A stretch of 64,000 bases of DNA from Eledone cirrhosa. Lineage: Eukaryota. The notes under the pieces are model-generated. The model did no database searches and was not told the origin of the DNA. It worked only from the letters and a program-made list of their open reading frames with translations. Shown one piece after another: positions 39,830-53,599 of this stretch. The stretch covers positions 160,270,001 to 160,334,000 of the forward strand of contig OZ024742.1 in NCBI GenBank assembly GCA_964016885.1. The letters are read 5' to 3'. The translations under genes were made by a program, and so were the position numbers. Each line of letters starts with the position of its first letter. The stretch's first letter is position 1.

Positions 39830-40170
39830 TTGTGACATTCCGGAAGTATAAACAGTTATTATTGTAAGGTATCTCTCTTTTTTCAGATACACACAACACG
39901 ATATAATACGTTCCGAGAAACCACTGGGATGGTTTAAAAAAAAGGAGATGAGAGAGTTTCTAACACCGAAGCCAACACCTGATTCTCTTCTTCGATCCTC
40001 TGTTAGACCTTTCCAAAAGAAAGTGTAACCAAATCCACTTTCAATGAGCTGACCATCCTCATGTAGGCGTGTTTCAGAGAGAGGGAGAGGGAGAGCTACT
40101 ATATCTAATGAATATCGTTTTAACCCACTGTCGAGCAGTGTGGTTCGTCTCTATGGTCTTTGAATAAAAT
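39830..40170 (-). mobile_element. RTE (BovB-like) LINE APE endonuclease fragment
   Basis: The minus strand translates to SETRLHEDGQLIESGFGYTFFWKGLTEDRRRESGVGFGVRN. Confidence 0.8.
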
Positions 40171-40745
40171 TATCGCCAACTAGATACACCCATTCCAACA
40201 AGCAAGTTTCTTCTCGTGTTGTCGATTAACCACAGTGGCGAGATAACGATCGGACTCAGCATGTGAAACATTCAGGGATCTGCCGAACCAGATATGTTCA
40301 CGGGTTGTTCCCAAACCTTTATAGCCATTTATTGATTTTGTTTGAAATATTTCCAATGAGTTTAATGTCCAATGCTAACCACACAGCTGAAGTTAACTGA
40401 GTTAATTGAGCTTGTAGTGTACAAGAAGTTCCTGAGCAGTTGAACATATTTTGAGTGGAGATAGCTTGCACAGAACTCCCCAACTTCTTGACCATAGATT
40501 TGGTATGATATATGGAATGCCAAGACCAAGAAACTCAAGGGTTTCAGGCTTTTATTTCAGAGTTTACAGTCTCCTAGACTAGTTGCCTTAACCAATCTAT
40601 AATGTATAGCTTGTATACATACTACTGTACGTCTGTATACATACTACTGTACGTCTGTATACATATATGTATGTACGTGTACATACTTATATTTAAGTAA
40701 CAGCCGTACTAAGAGTGGGAAATTAAATTTCGTTTCATTTTTTCC

Positions 40746-40780
<35 letters not shown>

Positions 40781-42029
40781 TATATTTTTAAGACCAAATT
40801 AGAGTCCCGTTACTCTGGAGTTTCGCAGGTGTATTCACATATTCACGGTTATGCGCCTGTGTATTTGTGTATAGATATGTATGGACATTTGTTTATATGT
40901 GTAAATGTGTGTGTGGCTGTCTATGGATGTGTATTTTGCGTGTTTATCAATGCGCGCGTGTGTGTGTGTACTACATGCTCATTCAGTGCTCCAATGAAGT
41001 ATTCTAGCAGGGCGAATCAATTGTAAAGTAGTGTATATTTAGGATTAAAGGAGACGGAATAGGTTAAGGATATATTGTATACAAATGTGTATTTGTATGA
41101 ATGCATGTATATATATATAATATAATACATACTTAACCTTTTCTGTCACCCTTTAATCCTAAGTATACACTACTTTTACAATTGATTACACACGCACTCA
41201 CATATATGTATATATATACATACTTACATACGTACATGCATATATATTTGCCTCAGACACTCTCAGAAACGCTCACAACTATATATATATATATATGTGT
41301 GTGTGTGCGCACGTGTGTGTGTATGCACGCTTACGTACATAAACTAAAGTAAAAAGAACTCAATACATAATGTAGTTCATATTACGATAGAGTAAATCAC
41401 TAACTATTTTACATTATCATTAGTATCGGTTACGTCCCGTTACGTCCCTTTACGATCTGAGTTCAAATCCCGCCGAGGTTGACTTTGCCTTTCATCCTTA
41501 CGGAGTCGATAAAATAAAGTACCAGTAATGCACTGGGTAATTGCTGGCCTTGTGCCAAAAGTAGAAACAATTATATATATGTATTGATAGAATCATTAGA
41601 GCATCGGCAAACCTGCCAACCTCTAAAATCAAAACGGTGAGTACCATGAAAAAGGTGCCCCAAAACGGGGAGATATGAGACAAAAATGGGGAGATTTTAC
41701 ATAATGAAAGCTATACCCATTTTTACAAGGAAATACATCTCTCACCCACCCCAAAGTGGGTGGGAGATCTCGTTGGACGGGAAGAGTTGACAGTTCGGCA
41801 GTGGCTAAAATGCTTTGCAGCATTTAGTTACGGCCTTTACATTCCCAGACATTTTGAGGTCAACTTTGCCTTTCATCCTTCAGGGGTCGATAAAATAAAG
41901 TGCCAGTTGCATACTGGAGTCGAAATAGTTACCCTCATAAATTTCTGTCTCTGTGCCTAATTTAAAAATCCTGATATATCTGTATGTTTATGTGTGTCTG
42001 CATGCATGTATGTATGAATTGATAATATA

Positions 42030-42074
<45 letters not shown>

Positions 42075-45000
42075 TTTTTTTTACACGCATACACACATGA
42101 ACTGATAATATATATATATACACACCTATATATACATATATATATGTGTGTGTGTGTGTGTGTATATAAGAAAAGTCAACAAGAAAAATAACATTGAAGT
42201 GTAACACAACACAATAGGGATATATATATTAGTTTAACCCTTGATATAGTAGGAAAAGCGTCTTATATATATGTTTGTACATGTGAAACTAACAAATATC
42301 TTCTTTCCAATGTTGCGATCAGGAACGCTAGTCGGCGCGGGCTTGCTTACGTGCCTGCTCCCCTTGAGGTGACTAAATGACTGAAGTGGTTTCACTGGCG
42401 ACTGCATGACTCCACCTAACACACCAGTACTGACCCAAGCTAACAACAAGACAAAGGGTAACGAACTTCTAATGTTGACTTATCCCTTAGAAGGAGGGGC
42501 AACTGGACAAAGGTCCCTTTGTTTGAAAACAAAACAAAACAAAAAAGAAGGAGCGTTGTAAATTTTATATTTTTTAAACGGTCTTTTTACATAATTTTCT
42601 TTTTACTTTGATAGAATCGCTAGAACGTCTTACAAAATGCTTTACAGAATTTTATAGTTTATTTTATTGAGTTCAAATCCCGTCGAGGTCAACTTTGTCT
42701 TTCGTCTTCCCGGGTGTCGATAAAATAAAGCACCAGTCAAATACTGGAATAGATATAGTCGATTCACTTTCCCTAAATCCACTGTCCTTGTTTGGCAGAA
42801 ATAATAGAATTTAGGGATAAATAACTTCTCGCAATATTTAGTTATATCAATTGACGTTCTGGTTTCAAATCTCTTCGGCGTCGAATTTCCTTTTTATTCT
42901 TACGTGGTCAATGAAAAAAATAAAAAAATGCCAGTGTTACGTGAAACTGATTATAATCTTCTCTACGGTGCTGTGACCCTGTGGTCATGTCACTGGTTAA
43001 CGGGAATAAAGTAATAAAATATATTAGAGTTTAGATTAGAAAAAAATCCACAGGAAAATAAAATTGACACACTTTATTTAAATACCCCAAATACTAATTA
43101 AATTAATTAAAAAACAATTTTCGGATAAAAATGAAACTAGAAAGCTGTATTGGTATGAATTTTAATTACAAAAATCCCGTTCGAACTCCGCCCGCTTCCG
43201 CCAGGAGTTGCACCCGACAGAACCTATAAGAAATGAAGAGAATGGAAATATGGTTTCATTTGTCCGATCTAACGATTGGCTCACGTTTTTTCTTTTCCTT
43301 TTAAAATATAAAATAACTTACTCACAGAAAATTGTAATATAATTAAGAGCTTATATGGTTAAACGAGGATCGGCTGAAAGGTTCATAGGTTGATTATGAA
43401 AGTATTGATGCTAAAGCTTCGAAATCTAGTGTGCGTTGATTTCATCTCTTCTTATCAATAACTTCATTGTTTCCTTCCAGTGACTACGTTGAAAAGTAAA
43501 CCTCATTCGGTCATTTCATGAGGGTATCTTCGCCAGCCTATGAACTTTCTCGCCCAAGAACGTTTCAATCGACACTTATATTTCGGCTGAAACCGCCCTT
43601 TTTCATACATGTAAGTATCAAAGTCAAGAATTTATTCGTAGTTTCAATACTTCAACACGTAACAGCATTCGGTCTTCGATGGTTCTATGAGCATGTGATA
43701 AATCGAGTTAACAGGTTGTGTCGACGTAATGGATTTGCTGTCTCTTATTGGAATTAGTATTAAACTGCCAATCCTCTTGCTATAGTATTAATTCTACATA
43801 CATTCTCTCGCACCAGGCAAAGCATATTATTATATTTTGAAAGCGACATTTAGAGAATTTTAAAGCACGTTTTTCTGATTTTCAGATTTTCATTGTTTAC
43901 CACAAATCTTTAATGTAATATATTTAACCATAAAGCAAAATTTTTTTAAAGAGACCAAAGAACTGCGCATTGGTAAAGCCGTTAGATCGCCGGATTGGCA
44001 ATACCTCTGTATTTGTTTCGATCAACTGCACTCCGAGTTCAAATCCTACCGAGGTCAATTTGCCTTTCCCTTTTTGGAAGGGATCGGCTGTGTTCAGACC
44101 TAGAGAAGAATGGCCTTCGCCAGTTTCAAGATGCCCAACACGGCGCTATTACGTAGAGAGCAATTGTTTTATCGACCGCAGATTTGAACTCAAACCCCCA
44201 AAGCTGGCATTCCAAAAGTTTTTTCAGTCGACATAACATCTTTTAAAAAATCACTTAAATGGATTGAACATTTGATAGTAAATTATCTAGCACTTACACA
44301 TGATAACCTACATATAGGTCTGATATAATTCCGGCACAGTTATTATACTAAAATAATTACTCAACAGCTAAGCTTAAAAGTATTCTCTTTCGCAACCGGG
44401 TGATTTCCTTTTTAAATGCATGTTTAAACTTAATGATGAAGTCCACTTATAGAGAGGAATGTTGACAGAACAGATTTTGTTCTCCGCAGTCAGCCAGCAG
44501 TGAGCTAGTCAAGATTTTCCGTTGATTAAAACCGATCAAAGAAAACAGAATTAGTTCGCATCGTTAAAACTGATACGTCGCAATAGTGCTTTTCAAGTAT
44601 CTTGTACTCTCGACAGTGTACTGTTTTATTTATTATATCGTCCTTCTCCTCCTTTATCTTCATCACCACCATTACCACCACCACATGGCTGGGCTTTCTC
44701 ACAGCTTGAAGTCGCTTCTAGCGGATCAAGGAGATGGTTTTCTGATTCTAATTCAATGAGCGATATTTTAAAGAGCATTACGCGTTCACCGCTACTTAAT
44801 AAAAAGAAAGAAAATAAACGTCATAACGAGGCAGCGGTCAATTTAGCCAGAACTAGCACAGCTTCACAGATGGAGGTTGTTATTCATTAAATTTAACAGA
44901 GATGGGTAAAATTAAGGGAAACTTTAGAAGGAGACACTTAACAAACAGCTTTAGATGAAAGACTAAAACAACCTACTTTGAGATAGTTAATGTGCCAATA

Positions 45001-46104
45001 ATTAATTACACACAGAATCTTCTTGTTTGTTTCCATGTCTTTAATTAAGATTGGGTGTAGCGATATCATGTAGAAATGATGAAACTTCTTAGTTATAATG
45101 ACAACCTTAAAATATGGTTTAAATTATCTTGAATCTCGAAGGAAAAAAGAAATAATTGTGATAGTGGTAAGCACCAATTTTCAGATTTTAAATAAATAAT
45201 ATATTTAATGCCAATTTGGAATAATTTATGCTGATTTATTTATGTATTTAAGGTGGTGAATCGGCAGAGTCATTAGGACGTCAGATAGAATGCTTTGCGA
45301 TATTTATTCTGGCTCTCTGCGCTCTGATTTCAAAACATGCTGAGGTCAACTTTGTCTTATTGGGTTCGATTCTGTCCCCGTGTCTATTTTGCCCACATTT
45401 TTCTGAGGAAATTTGATGTATTCCGATCTGGTAAGAGATGAACTCTGCTAGATTTAAAATGCCCAAATACGACGCCATTTCTACATGCTTTTACTATTCC
45501 ACCAGGAGTTAACGGCTCATGGGATGGATGCTTACGAAACAACAATTGAATAACGTTTTACTTTATTTCTAATTTAATTATTTATTTTTACAAGCTCATC
45601 GGGCTGGTGCTTATTCTGGTTTCAACACCATTAAGCGACTGAGAGCACAAGGCACCGTCTCCTTCGATAGGACGTTAGTCTATCGAAAGGTTATCCACCC
45701 AGCCACTGTTGATGCTCCTTTTCAGCTGAGTGTACTGGAACAATGTGAAATTAAGAGTTCTTTTCAAGAAAACAAAGCACCACCCGGTTCAAGAATCGAA
45801 GCCTCAATATCCTGGTCGCTAGGCCAACACCCTAACCACTAGGCCAATTGCCTTGACATAAACTTATCTTTTTATTTCGGTAATCTTAAAACTAATGTTT
45901 ATATATTTTCAACGAGGTTCGGCCAAAGTAAAAAATAACAGCTGAAGACAGCAGGTAAACACGAGGCGGAAACAACAACTGTTTTAGGCAACCCTGAGTT
46001 TTCAGAAACAGCAAATCTCAAAGTTACATCATTTATTTAGTAGCAAACAGGTTGATCAAACAGGTTGATCAAAGGAATTGTGACTATTCCGTCATCTTTT
46101 AAAA

Positions 46105-46312
46105 CATAGTTTCTAATATTGGTAAAAGGCCAGTGATTTGGGGAGAGGGGAAAGTCAACTCAGTACTTTACTGGTACATTATTTTATCGACCTCGTAAGG
46201 ATGAAAGGCAAAGCTGACCTCGGCGAGATTTGAACTCAGAACGCAAAGTACCGGAAAAATTACAGCAAAGGCAATGTGTCCGACTCTTTACCAATTCTGT
46301 CAATTTACCTCC
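46105..46312 (-). mobile_element. Octopus-type SINE; other copies at 7520-7735(+), 41445-41575(+), 48235-48400(-) and 56885-57265(-)
   Basis: Conserved SINE body. Confidence 0.8.
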
Positions 46313-46465
46313 CTATGTCATTAATTGTACTCTCTCTTTTTATACGATAAAATATGATTTAAAGAAGATTGGCTGTTATTTCTAGCATGGAGAATGACTG
46401 CGTAATGACTTCCTTCACTGGATCACCAACGTCGAACAGGCTAAATCGTCTTATAGTTTATATAG

Positions 46466-47360
46466 GAAGGGAAGCCTGCAGCGTCAAAGCCATGACCTCG
46501 TTGAGGGCAGCATGGCGTAGAATGCGGCTGGCACTGTGGCGACAGGAAAGCGGATGGAGGCCGAAAGAGTGGAACCGCAGCGATATTGGTGTGGCTGGCA
46601 GATCCGAAGGCTGAGCCTCAGGGAGACGTCGATGCGCAGGCTACGGTTGTCTAGCTGCGTGCCAGTGAAGAAGGAGGGCAGGGCATGGAGCCAGGCACCA
46701 CTAGACAGCTCCGGAAGATTCCACTCAGTATCTCGAGTGCGGCCCGGGTCCCGGTAGCCGATGCTCTCGCTTCCTCGATTGAGAGCGCCCTGGACTCCAA
46801 TCGAGCCAGTGACTGGGAGCGGCTGTTCTATTTCGTCCCACTCGCCCTCGGCCTCCCCAGCTCTGGCGCTGACCGGGGCGGCCGGTCAACAGCAGCCTTC
46901 GTCAAGGCCAATGTCTCGTCCTTTGGGAAAGCGCCCATTCCAAGCGTGCCCAGGGACGCCACACACTTCACCCTCAGGTACCTCCTATTCTCCACCCCTT
47001 TGACCATCTTCCCGTTCCGCGGTGGCAAACCCCTGGTCTGGGATGCCACTTGCACCGACACTTTCTGCAGCCACAACCTGGTGCAGTGTGCGACTAACCC
47101 AGGTTCTGCTGCAGGTCAGGCTGAGGAGGCCAAACTCCACAAATACCGGTCGCTCTCCGACAAGTTTGCTGTCGTACCCCTGGCAGTGGAGACTTCAGGT
47201 GTCCTCGGCCCCATGACTACCTTCTTACTCACCACCATAGGTGCTGAGCTGGCCAGCCGCAGGTGTGAGCCCCGCGAGTTGGAGTGGCTTTTCCAGCGCG
47301 CCTCCCTTGCCGTCCTCCGGGGAAACGCCTTCTCCATTCTGTCCGCCGGGGCTGTTGGTT
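46466..47360. mobile_element. Rearranged CRE-like RLE non-LTR retrotransposon fragment
   Basis: 46466-46705(-) gives SGAWLHALPS..QLDNRSLRI. 46705-46975(+) gives an N-terminal-like segment LRKIP...DWERLFYF. 47000-47360(+) gives GGKPLVWDATCTDT...PLAVETSG...LFQRASLAVLRGNA. Confidence 0.8.
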
Positions 47361-47567
47361 GGCCCCATCGCGTATCATTTTTGTAAATATGACAACAGTT
47401 TATGATTTTAGTAAATATTTAGTATTTTATATGTTTATATAGAACTACATTGTCAAATAGGTTCGCCCTATTTTTCAGACGGCAGGTTGTAATTTAATGA
47501 AGATTGGCTACTATTTGTAACAAGTAAAAGCTTTCTTCATTGGATTGCCATAGTTGAGCAGGCTCCT

Positions 47568-47880
47568 ACTTGAAGACTTTAATCTGGAATACGACCTGCG
47601 GCGACACGTTCTCCGTTTCCGACCTTGTCGCTTCAGTCACAGACACAGACAATGCGGAGAGGAAGGTAGCCAAATATGGGAGTTTTACTGACCGACCACT
47701 TCCTTTTATCGCCGGTCGCTGTCGAGACCTCTCGTTTCCTTGGTCTCCGAACTGCCCTTTTCCTTCTCAAAAAAATGGGGAAGAGTGCATCTCGCCTATA
47801 AAACGAGCTCCGTTAAATGGAGTGGCTGATTAGCAGTTTCACTGACTGTACATCGCGGCAATGACTTCGCCATTTCGTTC
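47568..47880 (+). mobile_element. Older degenerate CRE-like RLE fragment
   Basis: LIWNTTCGDTF...AERKVAKY, followed by frameshifted AVET and HRGN remnants. Confidence 0.6.
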
Positions 47881-49579
47881 GAGAATTCGTTCGCCATTTC
47901 AACTGAGATATGCCGCCTAGACTGGGGTGTAGCGTCTGCTGCTTCCATCCTTCCTCTTTCACTCTCTTCTTTTCTTTTTTATTGCAAACATATGATTTAA
48001 TTGAAATTTCGTTATACAGCCAGTTTACCTTGGACTATATTATCAAATGTGTTCGCCATTTTTTTAGGGCGGCAGGATGTGATTTAACGAAGATTGGCTA
48101 TTATTTCTATCATAGAGAGAGACCATATAAAGACTTTTTCCTAGCTGGGTCACTAGCGGTTGTTTTCATTTATATGTTTTGATTTTTAGTAAGGTGTTAA
48201 TATGACAGGAGTGGTTTTACGGGTCAGACAATGATAATTGTTTCTACTTTTGGCACAAGGCCAGCAATTACTCAATGCATTACTGGTGCTTTATTTTATC
48301 GACCCCATCGGCGGGATTTGAACTCAGAATGGCAAGGGCCGTAACTCTATGTGTCAAGGCATGGCGTCCGACCCTCTACCGATACTGCCAATCCACCGAC
48401 AATGATAATATTGAGAGCCCAGGGTGATTATAGAGGTCAAATGGAATGTTTGCTCTGGTCAGTATAAGGAGGAGAAGGCTTTCTTCTTTCCCTTTTTCTT
48501 TTATTTCTTTTCTCTTTATTTTTCAGTTTTTGTTTAATACATTTAAGGTGTTCGCGTTACTTTCGTGTGTAACGAAGCGAAGTAAGTTTTATATTCAAGT
48601 TTATTGACAGCAAAAATTAAGAGACATTTAAAGAAAATGGAGGCAGCGGTGATAGGGTAGTGGTGTTGTTACTGTTGTTGTTGTAGGTGGGGATGGTAGT
48701 GGTGGTTTTGACAGCGGTGGTGGTGGCGACGGCGGCGGTGGTGGTGGTGGTGATGAAAGAGGGTGTGGTGTTGAAGGTTATCTTGGTGTGTAATGAGGAA
48801 ACGATAAGAGATTTAGAAGTGAAATGTGAGGTAGGGGCAAATGAGATGTAAAGGGGTAGGAGGTTTCAACAGGAAATGATAATTTCTCCACCTTCACGGC
48901 ACACTGCTAAGCAGCGTCGCGTCAACCAGGAAGAGAACCTCTATGTAGTCGCTAGACATGCTAAAAATAGCAGGGATCAAATCTTTCATTCTCAAATTAC
49001 ATCCTACTGCTGTTAAAAAGAGGAAAAAAGGACAAGTCTAAAGAAGTAAAAAAAGAAAAAAATGACGAGATGGTCACGGCTGAAACAATGTGTTTTGACC
49101 CTAGGTCTGCTTCATCAGGGCTGACCTGGGTCTATCAACAACTATAACAACTATTGCAAAGCACTTCTGAATGGCTATTTATATTTTTGTTGGAAAAATT
49201 GAGCATGCGTGTATGTATGTGTGTGTGTGAAAATGTATGTCTGTGTGTGAGTGTGTATGTCTGTGTGTGTGTGTGTGTGAGTGTAGAGGGAGGGGGAGAC
49301 AGACAGAGAGAGAGACAGACAGAGAGAGAGAGACGGAGCGCGGAGGAGTGGAAGATCACTTGAAGTTTAAAAATAAAATGAAAGCTTTAATTTTTATAGA
49401 TAGGCATCAGCAGTAACAACAGCACCAGCAGCGTCAGCAGCAACAGTAGGTGGTGGCGGCGGCAGCGGAAGAGCAGGAGGGGGATAAGGAAGATGGAGAC
49501 GGCTACGACAATGATTATGATGATGATAATGAGGATGCGGGTGAGGAATATTTTGAGCAGTATACGGGAAAGTGAGTTT

Positions 49580-50105
49580 ACACTTTCGGCCTCCACCCGC
49601 TTTCCTGTCGTCACAGTGCCGGCCGCCTTCCACGCCATGCTGCCCTCAACGAGGTTATAAAGCATGGCTTGGATGCTGCAGGCTTCCCCTCCCAGCTCGA
49701 GCCGGTGGGGCTAGACCAAGGGGACGGCAAAAGGCCAGACGGTATGACCATCTTCTCGTTCCGCGGTGACAAACCCCTCGTCTGGGATGCCACTTGCACC
49801 GACACTTTCTCCAGCCGCAACCTGGTGCAGTCTGCAACTAACCCAGGTCCTGCTGCACGTCGGGCTGAGGAGACCAAACTCTCCAAGTACCGGTCGCTCT
49901 CCGACAGGTTTGCGGTCGTACCCTTGGCAGTGGAGACTTCTGGTGTCCTCGGCCCTAGGGCTACCTCCCTACTCACCCCCATAGGCGCTGAGCTGGCCAG
50001 CCGCATGTGTGAGCCTCGCGAGTTGGAATGGCTCTTCCAGCGCATCTCCCTTACCATCCTCCGGGAAACACCTTCTCCATTCTGTCCGCCGGGGCTGTCG
50101 AGAGG
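49580..50105 (+). mobile_element. 5'-truncated CRE-like RLE element
   Basis: RHAALNE...LEPVGLDQGDGKRPDGMTI...WDATCTDT...PLAVETSG...LFQRISL. Confidence 0.85.
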
Positions 50106-50439
50106 CCATCAATATGATTACTTAACCCTTTCATTACCATATTTCTAATCAAACGAGCACAAAAAACAAGAGAAGCAGCAAAAAGACAACTACATTGCTT
50201 AGTGCAGAAGTAGCATTTCAAGACTTTAAGATAAATATCACGATATCCAGTGACGAACGGGACATGGTTTACATGTCTTTAATATTGAAATAACTAGAGT
50301 GTTACCCATTATATGAGGGGTAGATTTTGGAGTATATATTTGACACTATTGGTAAGAATGAATGTATGAACTCATAACTCATAATTCATAACTCTTAGCG
50401 GAGTTGCAGGGGCGTAGTTTCATGCAACGTTTCTTGGGC

Positions 50440-50523
<84 letters not shown>

Positions 50524-50818
50524 AAGTAAGTCCATAGAATCATTAGATAAAATATGTACAGCATTTCTTCTCCCAATCAGCATAAATCAACCACACAAAA
50601 AATCATTTAAACGAGGCTATAATTTTAAAATATACTTATTAAGAAACAATAGATAAATGATATAGCTTCTTATCCGCGACTTATAGCTACAAAAAATTTA
50701 CCTAGTATTTCTAATAACCTGTAGAAATTAACTAGACATATAGTTATCCATACATAATTAGGTACAAAATCAAAGTTAGAAGAAAAAATGTACATAAACC
50801 TTACCAAAAACATCAAAA

Positions 50819-50904
50819 TATCTCTACCCCCGGCGTTGTCATTCCATTTTTGGATATATCCGATCTTGGATAAATCAACGAGGTTTGGAAATCATCAGGA
50901 GATA
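50819..50904 (-). ncRNA. Degenerate type I hammerhead-like motif
   Basis: tatctc-CTGATGA-tttcca...tggaat-GACA-acgccggggg-TA-gagata. Stem I is a perfect 6 bp, but the GAAA box is mutated. Confidence 0.45.
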
Positions 50905-51319
50905 ACTCTATTGGAGAAATATTTTTCTTACTTGATCCCCGCCAGAAACGAATTCAAAACGGCTAAGAATCAACACGTGGCCAGTGGTCAAGGCAGAAAG
51001 TTTGTGATTGGTGCCTGTCGGCGAGTAGGCTGGTTGCTAGAAAGCGCAGCCGAATAATACCTAAAGTTTTACTCAACCTTACGGGAGTATATACAATTTG
51101 AGGGTATATACATATAAACTAGACAGAGTCATAGATATATATATATGTTTTTGGCAACCATTCACGGTGTGGCTCAATGAAGAATTAATTAAATAATTAA
51201 TAATCAGAACAATGTGTGTGTGTGTGTTAAGTATTTCCGTGGAAAAGGTAAAGGAAAGAAGAGTGGTCTATGTATAGTACAGAGCTATTTGATTATGTAA
51301 TAAACAACACAATATGATC

Positions 51320-51832
<513 letters not shown>

Positions 51833-51892
51833 AATATATATAAAGAATGAATAATAACAGGTAGACATCATAAAAAGGTAATTTATTCCGTG

Positions 51893-52001
51893 TACTTACA
51901 AATGTTTCCACGGTGGTACTACAGCCTAGTTATACTATGTGCAAATTTACAACTATTTGCAGAACTCAAATATCCAATGCTGTGACCACTGTATCCTCAG
52001 A

Positions 52002-52004
<3 letters not shown>
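51893..52004 (-). ncRNA. Type I hammerhead with extended stem II, second copy of the 19103 family
   Basis: tgct-CTGAGGA-tacagtggt...accaccgtg-GAAA-catttg-TA-agta. Confidence 0.75.
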
Positions 52005-52099
<95 letters not shown>

Positions 52100-52262
52100 G
52101 GCATAAATAAATGGATTCACTATACCTGCATTTCGTTAAAACTATTCTAACCCCCAAATATAGTATTAAAGAAAACGGGTTAAAACATGGGAGGATTTTA
52201 GATTTAGGCTGGAATCCGACTTTAGATCAACAAATAAAGTAGCCTGGCAGAACACTCACCGA

Positions 52263-52350
52263 CTTCGCCATTTTACGTGTGCACTATAGGCTGATGTATC
52301 GAACTTAAAGTATTGAAACAACGTATATCTAGCGGTCGACTGATGAGAAG
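52263..52350 (+). ncRNA. Rearranged hammerhead-like RNA, divergent third family
   Basis: cttc...gtgc-actatagg-ct-gatg-TA-tcga-acttaaa-gtatt-GAAA-caac-gtata-tctagcgg-tcga-CTGATGA-gaag. The 16-nt UH-to-GAAA spacing matches 29915 and 55580. Confidence 0.55.
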
Positions 52351-52528
52351 GGACTCTCTGTATTCGTTAATTTTCCTGTCTTCTTCCATATTTTTTAATC
52401 ATTCGTACCCTTTTTTAACCATGCGGGACTCTCTTTTTTTTCAAATTGATGTTTTATCTTACACCTCTGCGTTTGTCTATTCTTCTTCTTCTTCTTCTTC
52501 TTCTTCTTCTTCTTCTTCTTCTTCTTCT

Positions 52529-52591
<63 letters not shown>

Positions 52592-52632
52592 CCTCCCTTC
52601 CTCACACACGAATATAAAAACTCACACACGCA

Positions 52633-52701
<69 letters not shown>

Positions 52702-52801
52702 GTGGATGAATACCTCAACGGGTACAATGTACTCGTAGAAATATTCAAGTTGTTTATAATACTTGTGGTTCGATGGTACTAATTCGAGATACCAGAACAA
52801 T

Positions 52802-53052
52802 ATAAAAAGTAGCGAAGCAAGCGGTTATTAAACAATTCTCTAAATAAATTAAAAAATGATTAAATAATCACCTGTTCAGACGCTGTTACCGACAGTTTCA
52901 TCATTCCGAAAGATTGGAAATTCAGAGAATAGGGCTGTCTGAAGATTCATTTCTTTACATTGGAAATTCTCTAAATAAATTAAAAAATATTTAATCATTT
53001 TTTAATTTATTTAGAGAATTGTTTAATAACCGCTTGCTTCGCTACTTTTTAT
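52802..53052. repeat. Compound inverted repeat enclosing hammerhead half-motifs on opposite strands
   Basis: Arms at about 52802-52866 and 52988-53052 are reverse complements. Confidence 0.85.
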
Positions 53053-53221
53053 ATATATATATAAAAAGTATAGAGGTTTCCCGAATAAGACGAATACGAA
53101 AGAGACGTCTTCATTCGTTCGTCGGACGAGGCAATATAAAACATAGATAAATATTTTGAAAGTCTCCTCAAGAAATGCAAGAAAAATTATATATATATAG
53201 ATGAAGGTAATACAATATATG

Positions 53222-53308
<87 letters not shown>

Positions 53309-53493
53309 TGAAGTTTCATATGTATATCTGTGAGTGTATATACATACATATACACACACCTAAATATATTTCTTAAAATATTTTTTTATATATTTTATAT
53401 TTTATATGTCTATTGTATTACCTTCATCTATATATATATAATTTTTCTTGCATTTCTTGAGGAGACTTTCAAAATATTTATCTATGTTTTATA

Positions 53494-53569
53494 TTGCCTC
53501 GTCCGACGAACGAATGAAGACGTCTCTTTCGTATTCGTCTTATTCGGGAAACCTCTGGTAATGAGGTAA
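53494..53569 (+). ncRNA. Type I hammerhead with a U4C core variant, in the right arm of the inverted repeat 53072-53217 / 53411-53556
   Basis: ttgcctcgt-CCGACGA-acgaatgaagacg...cgtcttattcgg-GAAA-cctctgg-TA-atgaggtaa. Stem I is 9 bp and the triplet is GUA. Confidence 0.7.
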
Positions 53570-53599
53570 TTATTTTGTATTGATTTTTATACATTATAT

